A DNA stretch of 64,000 bases from Tubiluchus corallicola. Lineage: Eukaryota; Animalia; Priapulida. A program made the position numbers and the translations under genes. This document shows, piece after piece, positions 1-12,195 of this stretch. Numbering within the stretch: the stretch's first letter is position 1; every line of letters starts with the position of its first letter. The notes under the pieces were generated by a model that saw only the letters and a program-made list of their open reading frames with translations, had not been told where the DNA came from and did no database searches. The DNA lies in contig JAQGDQ010002378.1 in assembly GCA_030141605.1 (NCBI GenBank), forward strand, positions 124,001 through 188,000. The letters are read 5' to 3'.

Positions 1-124
1 TTAATTAAAATGTGTGATAGTCATACTTCATATACATTTTAAGCAGATTATATGGATACATCCATTTTATTCAAAGTAAGGTTATGAAAGCCATAACAAA
101 TATTTCATTTTGCTGAGTAAATAG

Positions 125-211
125 TCTATTAGTTTATAAATTATAGATTGGTAGAGTGAAGCCATTTCTATTAGTTTATAAATTATAGATTGGTAGAGTG
201 AAGCCATTTCT
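125..211. repeat. Perfect 2-copy tandem duplication of a 42-bp unit (intronic)
   Basis: TCTATTAGTTTATAAATTATAGATTGGTAGAGTGAAGCCATT starts at 125 and again at 167. Confidence 0.95.
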
Positions 212-1517
212 TGATTCCCACATTGTTTTAAGTAGACATTTAAAAGGCAATGAACTCAGTAATTGTTGCTGCTGCCTTTCCCACTGCTACTGTTCTACAG
301 TTATAAGTACTAGTATACTACTATTACATTGAACGCTCGCAGGTGCAGATAAAAAAACTAAAAAACAACATGTTAATGTTGGCCTAACAAACTTTGTGAC
401 AATAGGGTGGGCAAAGCATGTAGGAGGGGATTAATAATTATGATTCTCATGCCTAAGGCCGACAGTAAAAATACTTCTGTTTCCATCTAATCACCCGGGT
501 AATTTTATAATTGTTTTTGTATGTTCATATACTGACACACTCATGTAAAATAGTATTTTTTTAAATTTCAAATCTTCTTCTTCCCAGCTTTTCCCTATTA
601 AGTCTCACCGACTCATTCTTTTTAATTTCAAATGTAAAATGCAATAATTATTATTTCAGCGAGGATGCATCCATGTTTTTTGGGTTGCCAAACTCTCCAG
701 GGTTGCCATTTTGTATGATGCTGATTACTGTATTGGAGGCTAGAACGTATAATTTTTTCTGCCTAATCAGCATATTAATGGCTATTAACGCCCGAGTAGT
801 ACTGCCGCTTAGGCGTGATTATCAGATCATATATTTGTACTATACAAAAAAGAGACTACATGATAATTGATACTGTACGACAGTTTAGTAATGTGAAACA
901 AAAAGCTAAAAATCAAAGCGTGATAAATGTGCATTGAAAAAATTTAAAGCATTACTACTAACCAGTGGAAAGTAAACAAACTTCAATTTCAAATGAAATT
1001 GATATTCCACGATTCACATTCACAAAGCTTTAAAAAAAAATTTTCTTCCCTTCCTGCTGCCATCTTTTGAGTTGATGAGGTAAGACAGAAACAATTTTTT
1101 TGTGGCTGGCTTAAGTTACACCGACGTGAACTCAGTGATGAGGGCACCCTCAGAACCAGACTATACCTGCAACTGTTTTTGCTATTCTGGTCATTCCATG
1201 AGTAAGCTTCATCTAGAAACCATCCAAATCCTTGATGAGAGCAGAAGTCAGATAATGTGTTTGTACGAGCATCCACTCTGTCGTACAGAGTGGCAGGTTT
1301 AAGTCAACTGTAAAATAGATAATGCGTTAGCACAACCCACCCTTTAGTTGATTCTTTGAATTGCCTTATTTCTCTCCGTAATGTAGTATTTTAATTCAAG
1401 TCATTGATTCGTCTTATAGGTTTGGTTGGCCATTTTGAAATGTTACATGCTTGCGTAGATTTTGTTAAGCTATCACAGTTGCACCATAATACATGTACAG
1501 TGTTTACGTAATTATAG

Positions 1518-1688
1518 GCAAGATGGTTGCTAAGAAGCGATCAGGAACAGACGACATTGTGGCACGCTTGGGAATAGATTTATCAACTGGCAAACCAGAC
1601 GTTCTTACCGGAGGAACTGCAACTAGAGAGTCTCGGGACACGCCCGTCAAGCCCGCTGCGATAATGCCTCGGGAGGACCGCGTATCAC
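1518..1688 (+). CDS. MTA: MTA-family (NuRD subunit) gene, internal coding exon; upstream exons lie outside the window
   Basis: Acceptor attatag|GC and donor C|gtaagc. The exon is 171 nt, phase 1-1, and reads KMVAKKRSGTDDIVARLGIDLSTGKPDV...EDRVS. It splices in frame to the next three exons. Confidence 0.75.
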
Positions 1689-2166
1689 GTAAGCTTGTCA
1701 ATTAATTTGAAGGATGTTGCCACCTCTAATTTTTGAAACACGAATACTAGACAAGTAAGGGGAAATTTCACATCATTATGTTTCATCAAATAAGAACTTT
1801 GTTTTCAATAGTGAGCGTAGCTTATCCATCTAGAAAGCTGTCTTGGCTGATGAGATTGCTTGTGTGGTTGACTTAGTCAGTCTTAAGGAAGTACTTTGAC
1901 TAAATGCAAGCAAAAGCTTTACATTTGTCGAAGTTCATTCATGGACTGGGCCATTGTAAACTGTAAATTTCTGTATTTAGCTTTCCAGTTTTTCGTAGAA
2001 TTCACTCGATTCCTAGACAAAACGTAGCTTATCTAAGAAGGTAAAAGAACCTTACTGGGAGTTCAAGATGCTTAGTGCAGCTTGATTTTTCCTATGACTT
2101 GGAGCATCATTTAACGTTTGCTGCATTGCATTGCATTGGTGATTGCAATTCTTACATTTATTTCAG

Positions 2167-2310
2167 AGCGTAAAAGTGCCAGGCCTGCTCGTTCTGTAAC
2201 TGATCCACTGCAGAGAATGTCTGAAATGGTTACAGGTGGCAGCACAGGTATTGGTAACTTGGCACCCACCATCATGAAGAAACGTGCATTTGATCATGCA
2301 GGTGGTGATG
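2167..2310 (+). CDS. MTA: MTA-family gene, internal coding exon
   Basis: Acceptor tttcag|AG and donor GATG|gtaagt. The exon is 144 nt, phase 1-1, and reads (Q)RKSARPARSVTDPLQRMSEMVTGG...MKKRAFDHAGGD. Confidence 0.8.
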
Positions 2311-2396
2311 GTAAGTTTCCTTAGATTAGTTTCTTGGAATGTGATATTGAGTAGATCAGTCTGGTGCTTGAAATTAAAGTGGAATAACGAGCAGTT

Positions 2397-2827
2397 TTAA
2401 ATCCCAAAAAACTTGCCACACAAAGTTATAGCACTTTGCATCATGCTTAGTTGAAAAATGTATGTAAGTGGGAAAGAAAATTGTAGTGTTCTCGCCACCA
2501 ATTGGTAAAATGTCATTGGCTCACCCTTCAAGTTTGCACTTCTAACTCGCCAAAAAAAACTTATTTTTAATCTTTTTGACAAGTTTCAGCAATTTGTACC
2601 TTTGTTCAGTTAGTGAAATGTGCGCTACGAATGCTCTGATTATTTTTTCAACTTATTTTAAATGACCTGCCATTAAAATGGCTGTACCTGATGGTCGTCG
2701 CGGGAGTTTTCAAGTTTTATCTAGCGATGCTGCTAATACAAGCTCTGTACGCAATAAGACAGCATGTAGGTGATACAAAATTTCAAGGTGATTTTTTTAG
2801 TTTTATGTAAGTAAAGTTTTTTGTCCT
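2397..2827 (-). mobile_element. Kolobok-like non-autonomous DNA transposon, family B, truncated copy in an MTA intron
   Basis: The reverse complement begins TTAA-AGGACAAAAAA and aligns by eye with 46260-46760 and 51870-52330 (shared GAAATTTTGTATCACCTAC, CAGCCATTTT and GAGCATTCGTAG-GCACA blocks). Confidence 0.7.
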
Positions 2828-4720
2828 TTAAGTAAGTTTATTGTCTGATTAATCATTTTGACTAAAGTAAAATTAAAACGGCAAGGTTGGTACGATAAAC
2901 AGACGATAAAATAATTGTTTTGTTTTTTTAAAAATAAACATGTTTTCTATCTCTTGCGTACACAACCACAATTTTACATGGGACCAACACCATTCTATGG
3001 AGGAAGAAATACTGAGTCGAGAGAAAAAAATTCAAATTATTATCACACTAATTATCATCTGAATATTTTAAATAATTTATTGAATGAAAGTGTATTTATC
3101 AGAGTGCATGGTCATTACGTACAAAATGCCAAAAAGAAATATAAGTACAAATTGATACATAACATATTATAAAACAACATCAAACCCTGATGTATGCCAT
3201 AAACCCAACTATACATACACAAGTAACACTTTAACAAAATCAGGTAACAATAAAATGTATAAATATTAAATTCCGTAAATCCTTCCTATTTAGAAAACGT
3301 TTGCGTATTAAATTACAAACAACTAGTAATGTTTTTTGATTGCCACTTCCTGCCGAAAACAAGTGTCTGTCATCATTATTCATAGATGTAAAGGCAGGAC
3401 ATTTAAGCTTAAAATATCAGTGAAACTTTTTCTCCATTTTGTTTATCACATTGATTAGACTTATCCAGTAGCCAATTATTTATACCGATTATATTCTACA
3501 GATTATATTTATACCAATGGGCTATTTGCCAAGTTCGCCCTGTACTGCGCTCGTATTAAATTTATTGCTAACTCATAGAATAAATCTACAAAATTTTGTA
3601 TTTAAGCTCCCGGCTTCTATTATCGTAAGCAGCAGTTACATTGTTATTAAAGATTTCAGCTTAAAATGAGTGCCCCACCCCTCACTGCCATTAATACTGT
3701 ACTATTAGATAAATGAAGGGTTGTGTTTGGGATTAGCTCGTATTGAATTAACTTAGTGTTAAGATTTTGTAATTTTTTATTCCATTTAGCGTTCAGATCA
3801 TTTATCATCGATTAAAAATTGTTTTTATGCTTTATGTTCCCAAGTACTTATAAATTTTTTGCCTTCAAAGTAAAACCTACATTTTCAATAATTGTCCGAA
3901 ACTTGAACGATGAGATGTTCCTTAGGATGCTTTTGCGCTAGAACATGTCAACGATTTTGTCCAAACTCTGTCAAGCATTTATCAGATTCTGTTAAGTGAG
4001 CACTAATGGACAGAGGATAAAAGACTGACCTGAAGACAGATGGAAAACTGCAAATCAATGTACAACTATTAACCAGCCTCTTGTCGAAAACTTACATGTT
4101 CCTTCTTGGCTTGTCAATACATTGGCAATCGCTTATCAGTTTTTCTTAAGGACCATGAGAAGATGTAGTTGAGGTTTGACAAAAATAGCCAACCAATCCG
4201 CTGTATTTAATCAATAATTGAAAAAGACGGCAAAGAAACCTTATACGAGGTGACCATCATGTTGCTGAAAACTGAATATATTTGTTTCTGTATGACACGT
4301 TTCATTGCATTGTACCAAGTAGCAAAGAAATGCTAGATGATGATCTAGTCAGGGGTCAAGTGACGGTCATAATGAAAAATGCAATAGGTTACAGAGGAAA
4401 ATGACTGTTGCTCATTGTTACAGAATTTTCTTGTTTAAAGGGGAGTACGTACACTCAACGTAATTGTTAGTTGGATTGAATTGTGAATTGGATTATATTC
4501 AGTTGAACACAGTCGATAAAATGTTCGATTCTCGGCTTTACATTTTTACATTTCTTACATTTACAAGTTTAATTTCCCAAGTTATTTTAGTGATTGTCTG
4601 CAAACCATTGTCCAGTGTTGACAGTTATATTAAAGATGCTGTAAGCCTCTTATTAGGTACATGATATTGCAAATTAATGTCACATCGCCCATAACAGTCA
4701 TTGCTTTTTTGTTTTAATAG

Positions 4721-4949
4721 GTCATCCAGCAAAGCGTCCTGTGTTGGCTCCTAGTCCTCAGACTGGGCAAATTCTCCAGCGTCCCAGTGCCGTGTACGGT
4801 GCCCAGCGACTGCAGGCTATGATGGGAATGGGTGCACATGGATTCAACGGACGGGATAAAATCTCGATGAACCGCGCAGGAAAAAGACACTTACTGAACT
4901 GGGTTGAGGCTCCCGATGATGTCTACTTCCATGCTACTGATAATACTAG
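4721..4949 (+). CDS. MTA: MTA-family gene, penultimate coding exon
   Basis: Acceptor ttttaatag|GT and donor AG|gtttgt. It encodes GHPAKRP...LLNWVEAPDDVYFHATDNT, matching the MTA1-type C-terminal motif NWxxAPDDVxxxAT. Confidence 0.9.
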
Positions 4950-5087
4950 GTTTGTTACATGGAATTTTTTTACCAGATTTCGTTGACATACTTGTGTTAT
5001 AAACAATAGAAATATTAAAATTTAAAAGCAGTAGATGTATATTCATCGCGTTTTGTATCCTATGCTCGAGCTGTTTCTTATTTTTAG

Positions 5088-5208
5088 GAAAGTTCGTAAA
5101 CAGTTGACTGGAATCGAACTGAGAAAGATCGCTCGCAAACCGTGGCGAAGAGTGAACGTGAAAACTCCCGGTTTTGGACGCTCGGATCAAGTCGTCATTC
5201 TCGACTAA
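5088..5208 (+). CDS. MTA: MTA-family gene, terminal coding exon with stop codon
   Basis: Acceptor tttttag|G. It encodes (R)KVRKQLTGIELRKIARKPWRRVNVKTPGFGRSDQVVILD* with TAA at 5206-5208. This continues the MTA motif (human MTA1 RKIRKLL...KRAARRPY) and ends in a hydrophobic-acidic tail like MTA1 PIVIED. It is absent from the ORF track because it is short. Confidence 0.9.
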
Positions 5209-6582
5209 TTTAAACCCATTACTTGTAATGCAAGCTTAGTCGTGGCTACACCACTTAACTCTTCCCTTTTCCATATAGCTATAGTTGTGTAAATAATTTT
5301 AATTTTAGCATTTTCTGCAAAGGTGATGGCACAGAGTGTCATATGCCAGGCTCTTATTCAAACCTGTTCTGTTATTGGGGATGACCACAATTTGTCTCAC
5401 AAATTGCTTGAAATGTGCAGTATTTAGGATAAGATCCGAGAAGCTTTCCAAACAATAGGGGGGTCATAGTCCATTTCTTGAAGAATAGTTCCTGTATAAG
5501 TTGATATTATAAAAAATTACTTTTAAGTCTGAAGCAATAGACTAGGGATATTTTCGTAACTTCTAAACAGATCTGTACTAAGAAATTAAGTTCCTAGAAA
5601 ACACTGTGTGCCACTAGTGAAATGTTGGTTACATCTGTATATAACCTTGAAGAATACTAATGATTTTTGGTTTAGATGACTTGATTTAAGCACAGTTTTT
5701 GTATTACTGTTGCACATATGTTTTCTATGTGTCTTTATCAAGCACTCATATGGCCTGCATTTATGTTTGTGGTTGTATTTTAGGGGATACATGTTATTTG
5801 ATTTCATTGAAAATGCACACACAGGTCTAGGTTCAGGGTATCCTATTACGGATTACACTCAGTAATCAAATCAATATGGGGACCTATGTAATCTATTGCG
5901 TATGTAATATTGTCTGAAATTGTCTTCAGTCTTGCAAGGTGTATTTGATGTCTCAGTCATCTTTATTATCATGTCAGCACAATAATACACGTATTTTTGG
6001 TTGTCAGAAATGACGAATATTTTCAATTTGATTGTATTTATTTGAACGTATTTTGCTTTCCATTTCTTTCTACTGATGCTTTTACAAGCTATCTCTCTGC
6101 TGACTCGCAATAGTAAAATCTGTCTTTATTATATTATACATGTCATAGCATAATCAGAATTATATACATCAAGCCATATTATATTATACGTCATAGCATA
6201 ATCAGATTACTTACATAATCAGAATCAAGCCACGTCATCATGGTCCCAGAAAACATCATAAGCTTTTGTGGTTTTTCTAATGTTTCGTAAAGAGGAAACC
6301 CGTGTAGTTTATTCAGAAGCTTCTAATTAATTTGAGTTCTTAAGTGAACGTAACTGATTTTTTAGTAAGAGACAAATGACAATAATATGAGTTGAAGGCA
6401 AACTCAAAAAGACTAATGCTGAATATTTTGAAAAAACATGTTGATTTTCATGTGTCCGACATACCAATTAAATAATATATAAATTAAATCTGTACTTGTA
6501 TATTGTCTAAATTTGTCACTTTTTGCATTTTTGGAAAAATGTTGAAGTTTCAAACTGGTACATAATACATAAAAGTGTGAGA

Positions 6583-6588
6583 AATAAA
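6583..6588 (+). terminator. Candidate polyadenylation signal of the MTA 3' UTR
   Basis: AATAAA at the end of a ~1.4-kb stretch after the stop codon in which I saw no transposon, directly before the first transposon. No transcript evidence. Confidence 0.3.
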
Positions 6589-6614
6589 GCTATGTCTGAG
6601 CACTAAATTCTTAA

Positions 6615-7222
6615 AGCAAAACTGGACCCAATCTTAAACTGTAGGTCAAAACAAACTACTCTTTAAAATATTCAAAGGAAACATACTTTTTTTCAAAAGT
6701 GACTTACGTGAAACAATTATTACCACCACACAAACACAATTTCGCTTTCGCGTCACTAGTTCCTTGCTGTTTGCCATTCGTAGTTGGATGGGCAGTAGCG
6801 TCTGTATTTCGGAAATACATTGTACAAAAACAGGTGCTGTACCTATCAGTTTACATGTGTTAGTTTGTGACAAACTACACACGTTAGACAGCTTATGTGT
6901 GAGCACAGAGGTGAATTTGAAATGTGAATTTTTATCTTAGAGCTTGCCTAATTTTAGTACAGCACACTGAAATCTTACAGTAGCACTGTACTTCAATTTT
7001 CGCTTTAACAAACTGTGCAACGTACTCATGGAAAGATTTTGTTGTTGAAAATTATTTTAGTTTGTGATGTCATGAATAGTTGTGCTCGTCTGCCGTTAAT
7101 TAAGTTTAAAATCTATTACTTGGTTATCAGAAACAATTTTCGCAGTATTAACTCTGTTAAAATGCATACTTTTTATCTGACCTGAAAATGGAGCAATATA
7201 TGAAGAATTATCCTGTTTTCCT
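6615..7222 (+). mobile_element. Kolobok-like non-autonomous DNA transposon, family A, copy 1 (608 bp)
   Basis: TTAA on both sides (6611-6614 and 7223-7226). Termini AGCAAAACTGGA...TCCTGTTTTCCT form an imperfect TIR. The interior is homologous to 37076-37679, 48094-48670 and 50317-50705. A TTAA TSD with RR...YY termini is the Kolobok signature. Confidence 0.8.
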
Positions 7223-7365
7223 TTAACATTGGCCTGTAAATTAAAAACCTGATACATTAGCATTGGCTCTGAATTGCACATTAGAATTGATCATAAGACG
7301 TCCTCTTTTATACAAATAGTAAATTTTTTCCTTCCTATTGGCACCCTCATTGAACGCCTAGGCAT

Positions 7366-7620
7366 TTATTATTAGTAGTAGTAGTATTTTATTTCTCATT
7401 AAAATGATTCATTGTTTTTACAATAAAACTGAGTAAGCCTCAACATTATAGTCATAATGTTAAAATAATAACACTGTTTCACGACAAATGTGTCTAAATG
7501 CAAACAAAAAAGTATAAAACGATTATTTAATTATACGGAATATATCAGAGAATGTAATATCCAATAAGGACATTCACAAACATACAAACTTTTCATATTA
7601 AATTTCACATAACATTTGCA
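7366..7620 (-). mobile_element. 3' UTR fragment of the L2/CR1-type LINE also seen at 41231-42130
   Basis: Shares CATTAAAATG, TGAGTAA-CCTCA and AATGTTAAAATAA-AACACTGTT-GACAAATG with 41234-41340. Ends in a TAA/TAG microsatellite tail. Confidence 0.65.
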
Positions 7621-8677
7621 TTATTTTATTGAAGGAAATTTGCTATGAAAATGTGAAGTGTACACAGACGGCTTGGTTCTGCATGTACAATGTTTAGAGT
7701 ATTTGCCACAGTGTGGCGCTGTATCTGATTACAGCTTCGTTGATTCAGCCAGAGGAGGTTTCAACATTCATTCGCTGAAGCCGGAAGCTAAGCATCTTCA
7801 CCTGAGCGCAACAGGTGCAATCAGCAGACGACGAAATGCTCACTGGCGAGTTAACAAAACAACAATACGACATAAGGTCCAGTTGATTAAAAGTGACCGC
7901 AGGGCGACGTTTTGTCAAAGATTGCTAGAACTTCATGCTTGTTGAAAATACGTTAATTTGGTAACCCTACCTTCATAGCTGTAAGCTGGCATTGCTGTCT
8001 AATGGTGGATGGGAAAAATTCTTGGCGGAAATGTTATAATTTTTTTACGGTAAGTGTTTTTAGTTTTACCAAACGACATACATCATGATACATGTGACTA
8101 ACTTTGTGGGAATTTATCTAAAATGTGTCTGGAATTATGTAAAATTATGCAGAATTGCGTGCTTGACTGTAGCGCGCAGTATTATACGATTTTTCTGTGG
8201 TGCGAAATGTCTATCTATACTACTGTTACGCAAGTCATTAATTTAAGTTACCTCCAGGAAGAGAAGACTCATAATATGTGATCATATCCTGTTCCAGGGA
8301 TATATTAATAACGATGCTGCATGCCATTGAATCGATGAAAGCTGCTCCACAATTATGAGTAAAAAGCGCAATAATATGTACATTCATAATATGACTTTTT
8401 GTTATTTGCTGCAGTGTTTATGCTATTAGAACAGGAGCAGCAAGTCGCTTTCAAAAAAGTGCAAAATTATTATCGTTTACCCGATTGACCTGTAATTTTA
8501 TTAAGCCATTCTGGAAATGGGAATTTAGGAAGTGGGCTCGTTTTTTAAAGAGCTGAGCTAACAGTTTATAGGCTGTAATTAATTCCTAAGTTAACTGCAC
8601 GTTAAAAATGTTGAAATAACATTACAGTTACCGCATCCTCAAAAAGTGGTGAAACTCGGACACAACCGATCATTTAA

Positions 8678-8760
8678 AGGACAAGAAAAGACCAGCTGCA
8701 TGTTGAGTATGAAATGTCTAGGTGGAAAAGTTATACCACATTTCCAAGATCTTATTTGTA
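8678..8760 (+). mobile_element. Isolated terminus carrying the Kolobok family B TIR
   Basis: TTAA-AGGACAAGAAAAG is the exact reverse complement of the right terminus at 52456-52472 (CTTTTCTTGTCCT-TTAA). The extent is uncertain. Confidence 0.45.
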
Positions 8761-9039
8761 TGTAATGCTCACGTTTGCAGTTCAACACGAAAGTTCGGTG
8801 GAGATTTTAATTGCCGTGCAACGCTGAAACGCAGAATAGTTCGCCTTTAGATTGGCACGAAGCTTTTTTTGCGCTGTGAGCTATTCGAATAAAGATGCAG
8901 GGTAGCTATTGCTTACTTGCGTCACGTGACCTGTGATACTGCCGACTCACTGAATAAGACAAGGCAGCATGCTTTCTTTGATTTTGTTCACGGTATATAT
9001 TAATGATCTACTACATAAGCTAAAAAAGCAGATTAGAAT

Positions 9040-10150
9040 GTTACTTGCTAAACCAATTTGTCGGGGCGACTGGTTACGCGGACGACGTAACTCTCCTTGC
9101 TCCGTCTGTAAATGCTTCAAAAAAGATGATTAAAAGATGCAGGGAGTTTGCCACCGAAAATGATTCTATTCAGAAAATGAAAACATGCTAATGTAACTAA
9201 TATTGAAATTAATGGAAAAGTATTAAAATGGCACGATAGTGTTAATCACTTAGGGCGTATTGTCACCTATGATTTAAATCAATCACTGGATGTCATATAT
9301 TTCAAAAGTGGCTTTACAGCTGCTAATTCACTTTCATCCTTTTTTAACTGTTACTTACCGGGTGGTGTAGCTCAATGGTAGCGTGCTCGCTTCTCACTCC
9401 GGAGGTCACGGGTTCAACTCCCGACCGAGTCATACCAAATACTTGAAAATGGTACCGCTGGTTCTTCAACCAAGCACACGTACTTATCGTAGTACGTGGA
9501 CCACCTTGAACGGGTAATCGGGACCATCTTGAAAAGTATTGAGTTACTTAAGGTGATATCCCTGGACTATGTCCTAAACGAAATTATTATTATTACTAAT
9601 AACTAATAAATCTGCTTTAATGAAATTGTTATCTTCATATTTTTTGCTATACATTTTTCTATGGTAGCTCAATATTTGAGTTAACAGACAATAACGATCC
9701 ATTAGCAATGGAATATAGAAAAATTTTACGCCGTGTTTTTCCAAGGAATTCTCATTGTAGTATGACAACATGCTTTGCAGACACGTATCCTCTTACAAAG
9801 ATAATTGTTAAACGTGCTCTGAATCTATCGAAATCAATTGATAACTCTAAAAATGAACTCTTGCGTGCATTGTCAGTCTTAAATACTCAGAATAGCTTAA
9901 CAACGTTGGGAAAGAATAAAATTTTTCTACGTTATTATGACAATAATTATGGTTGCAATGATCGGATTAGTAGTAGCACGTGAATTTTATTGAACGTTGA
10001 ACAACGAAATATTAATACCCGAATTTACGTACGATGAAATTGAAACTATGTATCTAACACTTTTGTTCAATTAATTAATTACTTTAGTAATTTACATTGC
10101 TACCATCATACTAACTTGTCAATGTATGGCATTATAATATGCAAATAAAT
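9040..10150 (+). mobile_element. 5'-truncated degenerate non-LTR retrotransposon (L2/CR1-group RT and C-terminal region), interrupted by a SINE
   Basis: FVGATGYADDVTLLAPS (YADD at 9075-9086), then INGKVLKWHDSVNHLG. After the SINE it resumes with FYGSSIF...YRKILRRVFPRNSHC...KRALNL and ends at AATAAA plus (TA)n near 10145. Frameshifted. Confidence 0.85.
9358..9595 (+). mobile_element. tRNA-derived SINE with a Meta-domain-like core, copy 1
   Basis: A box TAGCTCAATGG (9368-9378) and B box GGTTCAACTCC (9411-9421). The core GTCATACCAAATACTTGAAAATGGTACC...AAGCAC resembles the MetaSINE domain. The 3' tail TATGTCCTAAACGAAATTATT-(ATT)n is shared with the copy at 11561-12195. Confidence 0.85.
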
Positions 10151-10304
10151 GTATATATAGATGATATATAAATAATATATATATATATAGCAGTTTTTGA
10201 GGTGAAAATTCTTTTCCCTTGAGCTAACTGGTCTGTGAATGAATATTATGACAGTACTTGTATTATACTAAAATATCTGAAATAGATCCATTATGAATTA
10301 CAAG

Positions 10305-10382
10305 TTATTATTATTATTACTACTGCTGCTGCTGCTGCTGCTGATGCTGCTACTGCTACTGCTACTGCTACTGCTACTGCTG

Positions 10383-10445
<63 letters not shown>

Positions 10446-10459
10446 TTTTTATTGTTATT
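10305..10459. repeat. Compound (TTA)/(CTG)/(CTA)n microsatellite
   Basis: Directly visible. It explains the poly-Leu ORF at 10293-10592. Confidence 0.95.
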
Positions 10460-11560
10460 CAGTCTGATGCAAAAAGTAAGTCTCCATCTAGCAACCGTAG
10501 TGACTTACATTAACAAATTTAGGTTATTTATCGCTAAGCAACTGACCCAGGCTCCAGCTGGCATTGAAAGCAAGAATGTATGGCGCGTCTGATTTCACGA
10601 TGTGTTTTCACTAAGTGTTGTAGTTACAAAAATATACAAAAACAATACAAACTCTGTATACAGGTTTTCTAGTAAAGCCGATGAGCAAAGTACAGTTTAG
10701 AACCTGTAAACATTCATCATCGTATCATTATAGTTTATTCCCATTACGACTATGTTCAAAAATCAAAATCAATTTATTTCACTCCAGCAATACATATACA
10801 ATACATCAACGTACAAAATTATTGAAAAAAAAGAAACAGTATAGGTTAAAAAACGTTGATGAAGTCAAATTAACCAAATAAAAGAGTTGCTGTATGACAC
10901 CTTGAAAGCTTGGCTTGTTGAGGTGACAGGAAATGAGAGAATGAAAGAATGGTTGGGGCAAGAAGAAATGATGGAATGGAAAAAAATAGTAAGATTAGGG
11001 ATAGGAAGAAGGAAAAGAGGAGAAGAAACAACCACATGTTGTAGTGGACAGGGAGAATTCTAAAATAAAAGAAATCTGCTCTCAATACAGGTAAACATAG
11101 CAGTGAATCCAGCAAAAAACTAACACTACTATGCTGATAGCTTGTCAATAGTAAACATGATTAACAAAATACGTTACACACACATTCACAATTCAGCACC
11201 ACTTCCAGTTCCAATGTAAACATTGGAGTCGAATCAGCTTTTTATTAAGTAATTTATTAAGCATCGAAACCAAAAATTATAATAACTTCCATACCCTACT
11301 TGGAACTTCATAATAACTTTAATGCCTTACTACTGCCACGTTAACTGTTGCTAGTTCGCAATATGAGTGCCTAATTTGAAATCGCAGAGGATTATCATTC
11401 ATGAAAGGTTCTCTTCCTACCAGCACCACACCATCTACAAAAGTTGCCCCTGTTGTTTGGTGTAGTTCAGTCGTTCTGTTGAAAACGTCCTCCTTGTGTT
11501 ATTTAGCTGTGCAGTTACACTGCTGCTAGATGGAACATTATTGACTTGTCTATAGTTATT

Positions 11561-12195
11561 GGGTGTGGGAATAGCTCAGTGGTAACGTGCTCGCTTACTA
11601 CCGTGGAGATTGCGGGCCAACTGTCCAGATTTAAAAATTCCAAAGATTTAAAAATGGTACCGATGGTTCTTCTTTGATAAGCGTACGTGTTTATGATTAT
11701 CGAAGTAACATGCGGGCAGGACTGGATTATCCAACAGGCCAGCGTAGGTTGCAGCCTAGAACTGCTCATGCTTGGGGGGGGGGGAGCTTTCAAACTTTGG
11801 TTGACATTTGTGTTTTTCACTACGGTTATGTTGGAATATATGCTAATTTGGTTGGCAATAAATACTAAAATAGGGATATTTCTTTTAAAGAATATTTTTA
11901 TTGACAAACAAAAGACATGCTATTCTGGTTTATTTAAAGAATTTGCAATAAGTTTATTTCAACCTACTTAAATGTCGCTAAACTATATCACAAGTAAAAA
12001 AATATTCAAGACGGATGCGGCGAGGTAGGGGTGGCTTCGTCTGAGGGTGCCCCATAATTTCATTAACGTAGGGGCCCCAAAAAGCCATAATCCAGCTCCG
12101 CATGCGGGTAATAACTGGAACCACCACGGAAATAAGTATTGAATTACCTACGGTGGATTACCTGGCTTATGTCCTAAACGAAATTATTGTTATTA
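11561..12195 (+). mobile_element. Meta-type tRNA SINE, copy 2, split by a hAT MITE
   Basis: Head TAGCTCAGTGGTAACGTGCTCGCTT and core CCAAAGATTTAAAAATGGTACCGATGGTTCTT. It resumes after 12108 with AAGTATTGAATTACCTA...TATGTCCTAAACGAAATTATT, as in copy 1. Confidence 0.85.
11717..12100. mobile_element. hAT-superfamily MITE (384 bp)
   Basis: 8-bp TSD CATGCGGG (11709-11716 and 12101-12108). Imperfect TIRs CAGGACTGGATTAT / ATAATCCAGCTCCG. Confidence 0.9.

Noticed and set aside
1102-1302. Additional MTA exon
   Set aside because: No recognisable MTA (GATA zinc finger or R1) motif and no convincing acceptor giving the phase-1 junction required.
7658-7945. 95-aa ORF as a gene
   Set aside because: GTG start, no motif and no clear splice sites. 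It lies next to a hAT-like end (TTGGTAACCCTA), so it is probably transposon interior.
9358-9430. Functional tRNA gene
   Set aside because: A and B boxes are present but the acceptor and anticodon stems do not close, and it runs into a SINE core found twice in the window.
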